DNA of 64,000 nucleotides from Octopus vulgaris (Eukaryota): NCBI GenBank assembly GCA_951406725.2, contig OX597820.1, positions 31,868,001 to 31,932,000 of the forward strand, read 5' to 3'. Shown piece by piece: positions 58,954 to 64,000 of this stretch (position 1 is its first letter; each line of letters starts with the position of its first letter). The notes under the pieces were generated by a model. It saw only the letters and a program-made list of their open reading frames with translations, ran no database searches and was not told where the DNA came from. The position numbers and the translations under genes were made by a program.

Positions 58954-59623
58954 ATACGTGTGTGTGTGTGCGTGTGTCTTTAAATATAAACAAGTATCTG
59001 TTTGTGTATGTGTGGGTGTCGGTGTATATGTGTGTGCGTCGGTGTGTATGTGTGTGTATATGTATGTGTATTTTGTGCATGTGTGCGTGTTTGAACCCTC
59101 TTCACATACCCACTCTCCCACCCACCCTTCCGCCAAATCTTTAGAAACGCTGTTTAAAGACGTGGCAGAAACGGAAAAGGTCTTTTCTTGTCAGTATTTC
59201 AACGACAGACTGTCAGTTTGGTGTGAGAAGATCGAAGAGGTATCTGTCAAAATGGTGTAAACAGAGCAAGAGAGGAGGTGGTAGACACATGGGGAGGGAG
59301 AGAAAAGGAGAGATAGCGAGAAAATGAGAGGAAGAGAGAGAAGCAGGAGAGAGCAAGTGATTTGTCGGTGCATGAGCGTATGATGAATTGGAAGTTGTGT
59401 ATGGTGCAAGCTGGTATACGTATTTGTGTACGAAAGTACTTCGGTATGTATGCGCGTGTATATCTACGTATCTGTTTTTATGGGCGCACGCACGTTTACG
59501 TATGGTTGTGTATCTATACATACACATACACACACAGACAAACACGTGTGTGTACTCTTATGAGTATAATATACACGCATATATCATATATATATATATA
59601 TTATGTATGTATGTATGCATATG

Positions 59624-59655
<32 letters not shown>

Positions 59656-60059
59656 TGCAATTTCTCACTACATACATGTATACACACATATACATACATA
59701 CATGTACACACATACTTATATATACATAACCATATACATACATACATATATATGTATGTATGCATGTGTATATATATATATATATATATATATGTAGGTA
59801 TGTATATATATATGTATATATGTATAAATGTTCACGCGAAAATACACATATATATATACACTCACTTGCATACAAGCATACATATATTCATACACAGACG
59901 CACACACAATTATGTGTATATATATATGCATACATACATATTCCTCATAAACACATGTGTATGTAAATATGTGTCAACACTATGCATGAAAATGTGCCTG
60001 TGCATCAGTGTGTGTGTATGTGGTGTGGTATGTGTGTGTGTGTATGTGTGTGTGTATGT

Positions 60060-60094
<35 letters not shown>

Positions 60095-60359
60095 GTATCT
60101 GTGTGTGAGAAAATGTCCGGAGATGAATTTTCGTTTAAACCTGCGTCTTGCATTGAAGCCGTCTATCTGTATAAGAAAGTTGATTCAAAATGGCGTTGTT
60201 ATTGTTGTCGTTGCTGTTGTTTGTTATTGTTGTTGCTGTTGTTTGTTATTGTTATTGTTGTTGTTTGGTATCGTTGTAGTTGTTGTCGTTACGGCTGTTC
60301 ATAAAATGCACTTAACAACGATAATCTGGCCTAGTGAAAGGCCAAGCAGACAATTTTTA

Positions 60360-60404
<45 letters not shown>

Positions 60405-61260
60405 ACTCTCTCTCCCTTCTGTATGTCTATCTGTCTGTCTGCCTGTCTGCTTCTGTTTCTCACTGAATTTTTCTAGGGCCTTTTCATACTCCTTGTGCTC
60501 CTCTTCTTTAACATCTCTGTCTATCTGGCTGTCGCTCCGTCCATCCATCCGTCAGTCCGCCCGCCGGTCCGTCCGTCCGTCCGTCCGTCCGTCTGTCCAT
60601 CGGTCTTTCTATTTCTTTCTCCTGTTTCTCGCGGTCTCTTTCTTTTTCTTTCTTTCCTTTCTCTCTCTCTTTCTCTCTCTCTGTCTCTCTCCCTCGGCTA
60701 TCTCTCTCACTCATCTCTCACTATATATCTCCAATTTCTCTCTCTGTCTTTTTGTTTCTCTCTCCTCTTTCTATCTCTCTATCTCTGTTTCTCTCTGTCT
60801 GTCTCTCTCTAATGCTCCCTCCCCCTCTCTCTCTCTCTCTGCTATCTCCCTCACTCACTCATCTCTTTCCAATTCCTCTCCCTATCGGTATATTTCACAC
60901 TTTTCTTTCATTTTACCTCTCTATCTCACTCAATTCTCTGTCTGCCTATCTGTCGCTCTCTCTCTCACTCTTCTTTTCCCCTTCCTTCCCTTCCTCTTCT
61001 TCCTCCTCTTCTTCATCTCTCTCTCTCTCTCCTTACTATCTCTTTCTCGCCTACACCTCTCTCACTGTCCTTCATTGTCACTTCCTCGTTTGTCTCTACT
61101 TCCCTCTGTTCATCACTCTTCTCTCTCCTTCCCTCTCTCTTTCACTCTGTCTCTGTCTGTCTGTCTGTCTGTCTATCTGTCTGTCTCTCTTTCTCTCTCT
61201 TTCTTTCTCTCTCTCTCTCTCTCTCTCTCTCCCCTCTCTCTAACCTTCTCTTCCGCACTC
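60360..61260. repeat. ~900-bp polypyrimidine (CT-rich) low-complexity tract
   Basis: Almost exclusively C/T on the + strand. Confidence 0.9.
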
Positions 61261-61613
61261 TCGTTATGGACAGCCTGTCAATTTGGCTTTCAGGCCATGG
61301 CATGGCGAGGCATGGAGCGGTGTGGATGGTCTGATATGATAAAAAACGATGTAGAGACTGACATTCTAAAAGCTCGGCAAAAACATAAATAGCACCGTCT
61401 CAATGGTTAGAATATATTCCAATGTTCTACTGGAATAGCTATGTGGTTAAGGAGATCGTTACGCAACCATATAGTTCCGTGGTTGATATCATGGTACAGC
61501 ACATTGGGGACAAGTGTTTTCTATCGTAGCTTCCGGTTGACCAACATCATTGAGTTAAGTTTTGTTGATGGTAACTGTGACGAAGCCAGTCCTATGTAAA
61601 TTATATATATATA

Positions 61614-62900
61614 TCAGGTCATCCAACAAGTTCTGTCCGATTTTACCTTTTTTTTAAATTTGAATGGAATTTAAAAGAATTTTAGAATGCCTAATGGAAT
61701 TAAAAATTATTTTTATGTATTTGTGTGCATTTAGACTAATTAAATTTTATTTTACAGAATAATAGAATTAAAATTTCTTCGATTAAAACCCTTTCTAATA
61801 TGGAAGTATTCAAAGAGCATTTGAGGCACATAATGTTTTATGAGTACAAACAAAGGAAACTCAGCAGCCGAAGCGAATCGAAATATACACCCAGTTCATG
61901 AGAAAGAATGCTTGAATTAAAGAACTTGCAGAAGATGGTTTGCAAAATTCAGAAGTGGAGATTTCAGCCTTGAAGATGAAGATCGAACAGGACTTCCAGT
62001 TGAGTTTGATGATAAGCTCCTTGAGGCATTACTTGAAGAAAATCCTGCATTATCAGTTGAAGAATTGGCAATAAAGCTTAGTTTGAACCATACAACTGTT
62101 CATCGTCATCTTCAACAACTTGGAAAGGTTCCTAAACTTGAAAAATGGGTGCCTCATGAATTGTCCGAAAGCAACCGCATATCCCGAGTTGACATCTGCT
62201 CTTCTTTCTATTCTCGGGAATTCATTTCGCCCTTTTTGGATAGACTTGTGACTGGTGACGAAAATTGGATCTTCTATCGAAATGTTGAACGTCGTAAACA
62301 GTGGCTTGGTAAAAGGAAAAAAGCTCAACCACAACCGAAAAGGGAACTTCATGGGAAAAAAGGTTCTTCTCTCTATCTGGTGGGATTGCAAAGGAGTAAT
62401 TCACTTTGAATTGTTACTACCTAATGCAGCAATCAATGCTCAAGTCTACTGTCAGCAATTAGAGCGTTTGAACCAAGATTTGAAGAAAAAAGGACCCGCT
62501 TTAGTGACTCGAAAAGAAGTGATGTTTCATCAGGACAATGCGCAACCCCACACTGCAAAGATCACATCACAGAGGATCGAAGAGCTTGGTTGGGAAAAAA
62601 TTCCTCATCCACCTTATTCTCCCGACCTTGCTCCTTCAGACTACCATTTGTTTCGTAGTTTACAGAATCATTTGGGGGACATAGCTTTCGCAAGCCAGGA
62701 GGAGGTCGACACTGACATTTCAGAGATCTTTGCTTTGAAACCAAAAGCATTTTACATTAATGGGATTGAAAAGCTTGTAAATAGATTGAAGTAAGTCATA
62801 GATAATCAGGGAAAGTACATTTATGATTAAATTTCAATTAGAAATTTGATCACTTGTTTTCATTATTCAAAATTCGGATAGAACTTATGGGATGACCTGA
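61614..62900 (+). mobile_element. Full-length mariner DNA transposon (1287 bp)
   Basis: TIRs tcaggtcatccaacaagttctgtccga / tcggatagaacttatgggatgacctga; TA on both sides. Confidence 0.95.
61800..62830 (+). pseudogene. Mariner DD34D transposase pseudogene
   Basis: Motifs WVPHEL, TGDENW, HQDNA and YSPDLAPSDY; frameshifts near 61850 and 62360; stops at ~61918 and 62792. Confidence 0.92.
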
Positions 62901-63046
<146 letters not shown>

Positions 63047-63163
63047 TTATTTACATAGACATACACACACACACACACGCGAGTGTGTGTGTGTGTGTAC
63101 ATATTATTGATATCTACCTATCTATTAATATATATATATACACACACACACATACATACATAT

Positions 63164-63209
<46 letters not shown>

Positions 63210-63349
63210 CAGGTATGCATGTGTGTTTATATGTAGATAGATATGTGTATGTACATAAATACATAGATAAATATTTATGCCTATATGAAACTTGATATGA
63301 TGCAAATAAAGTTGCCTTATCTTATATATAAATGAATGATTGAATACAT

Positions 63350-63390
<41 letters not shown>

Positions 63391-63530
63391 CACGCATTTA
63401 TAATATCTATATCTATCTATATTTGTATATATATACATATGTGTGTGTATGTGCGCGTGCGTGTATCGATAGCTGTATGTAAATGGGCATTTGTGTGTAT
63501 CTGTCTCACTTACTCCCTCTCTTTTTCCCT

Positions 63531-63584
<54 letters not shown>

Positions 63585-63736
63585 CCACTCTCTCAGGAAA
63601 AAATCAGCCTTTTCATTTCAGAGTCAGCATAAACAATTCTTATTATTTGACGTCTCCAGAAATGAAAATAGACTTTCAGGAGGTGAATTTGGATGTTAAT
63701 AGAGTAGTTACAAGATGTCTGACATGTATAAATACA

Positions 63737-63912
<176 letters not shown>

Positions 63913-64000
63913 GACAACACATAACACACATGTACATGCACACATGTATACATGTGTGCATATATATATATGTATGTCTGTGTGTATATATATATAAACA

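Noticed and set aside
60334-61392. Longest ORF (352 aa, L/S/F-rich)
   Set aside because: It is a by-product of the CT-rich tract, with no domain features.

Overview
Eukaryotic, AT-rich, extremely microsatellite-dense DNA ((TA)n, (CA)n, (CATA)n, (TAA)n, (CTAT)n). The SINE repertoire and repeat landscape suggest a cephalopod, probably Octopus (inference only). No intact host gene is evident, and nearly all ORF-track entries are microsatellite translations. Real content: (1) many copies of several tRNA-type SINE families; (2) fragments of at least three R4/Dong-like restriction-like-endonuclease (RLE) LINE families, mostly embedded in (TAA)n or (CATA)n; (3) eight copies of a ~550-bp non-coding, hairpin-rich element lying in (TAA)n in a fixed orientation; (4) a full-length but defective DD34D mariner, MITEs and a non-autonomous Helitron; (5) about ten minimal hammerhead-ribozyme (HHR) motifs in Penelope-like termini, several with non-canonical cores; (6) fold-back inverted repeats from ~40 bp to 2.6 kb, some centred on (TA)n; (7) three candidate exons that may encode a small secreted Cys peptide with a defensin/toxin-like pattern, disrupted as assembled. 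All calls were made by eye, and boundaries are approximate unless a motif is quoted.
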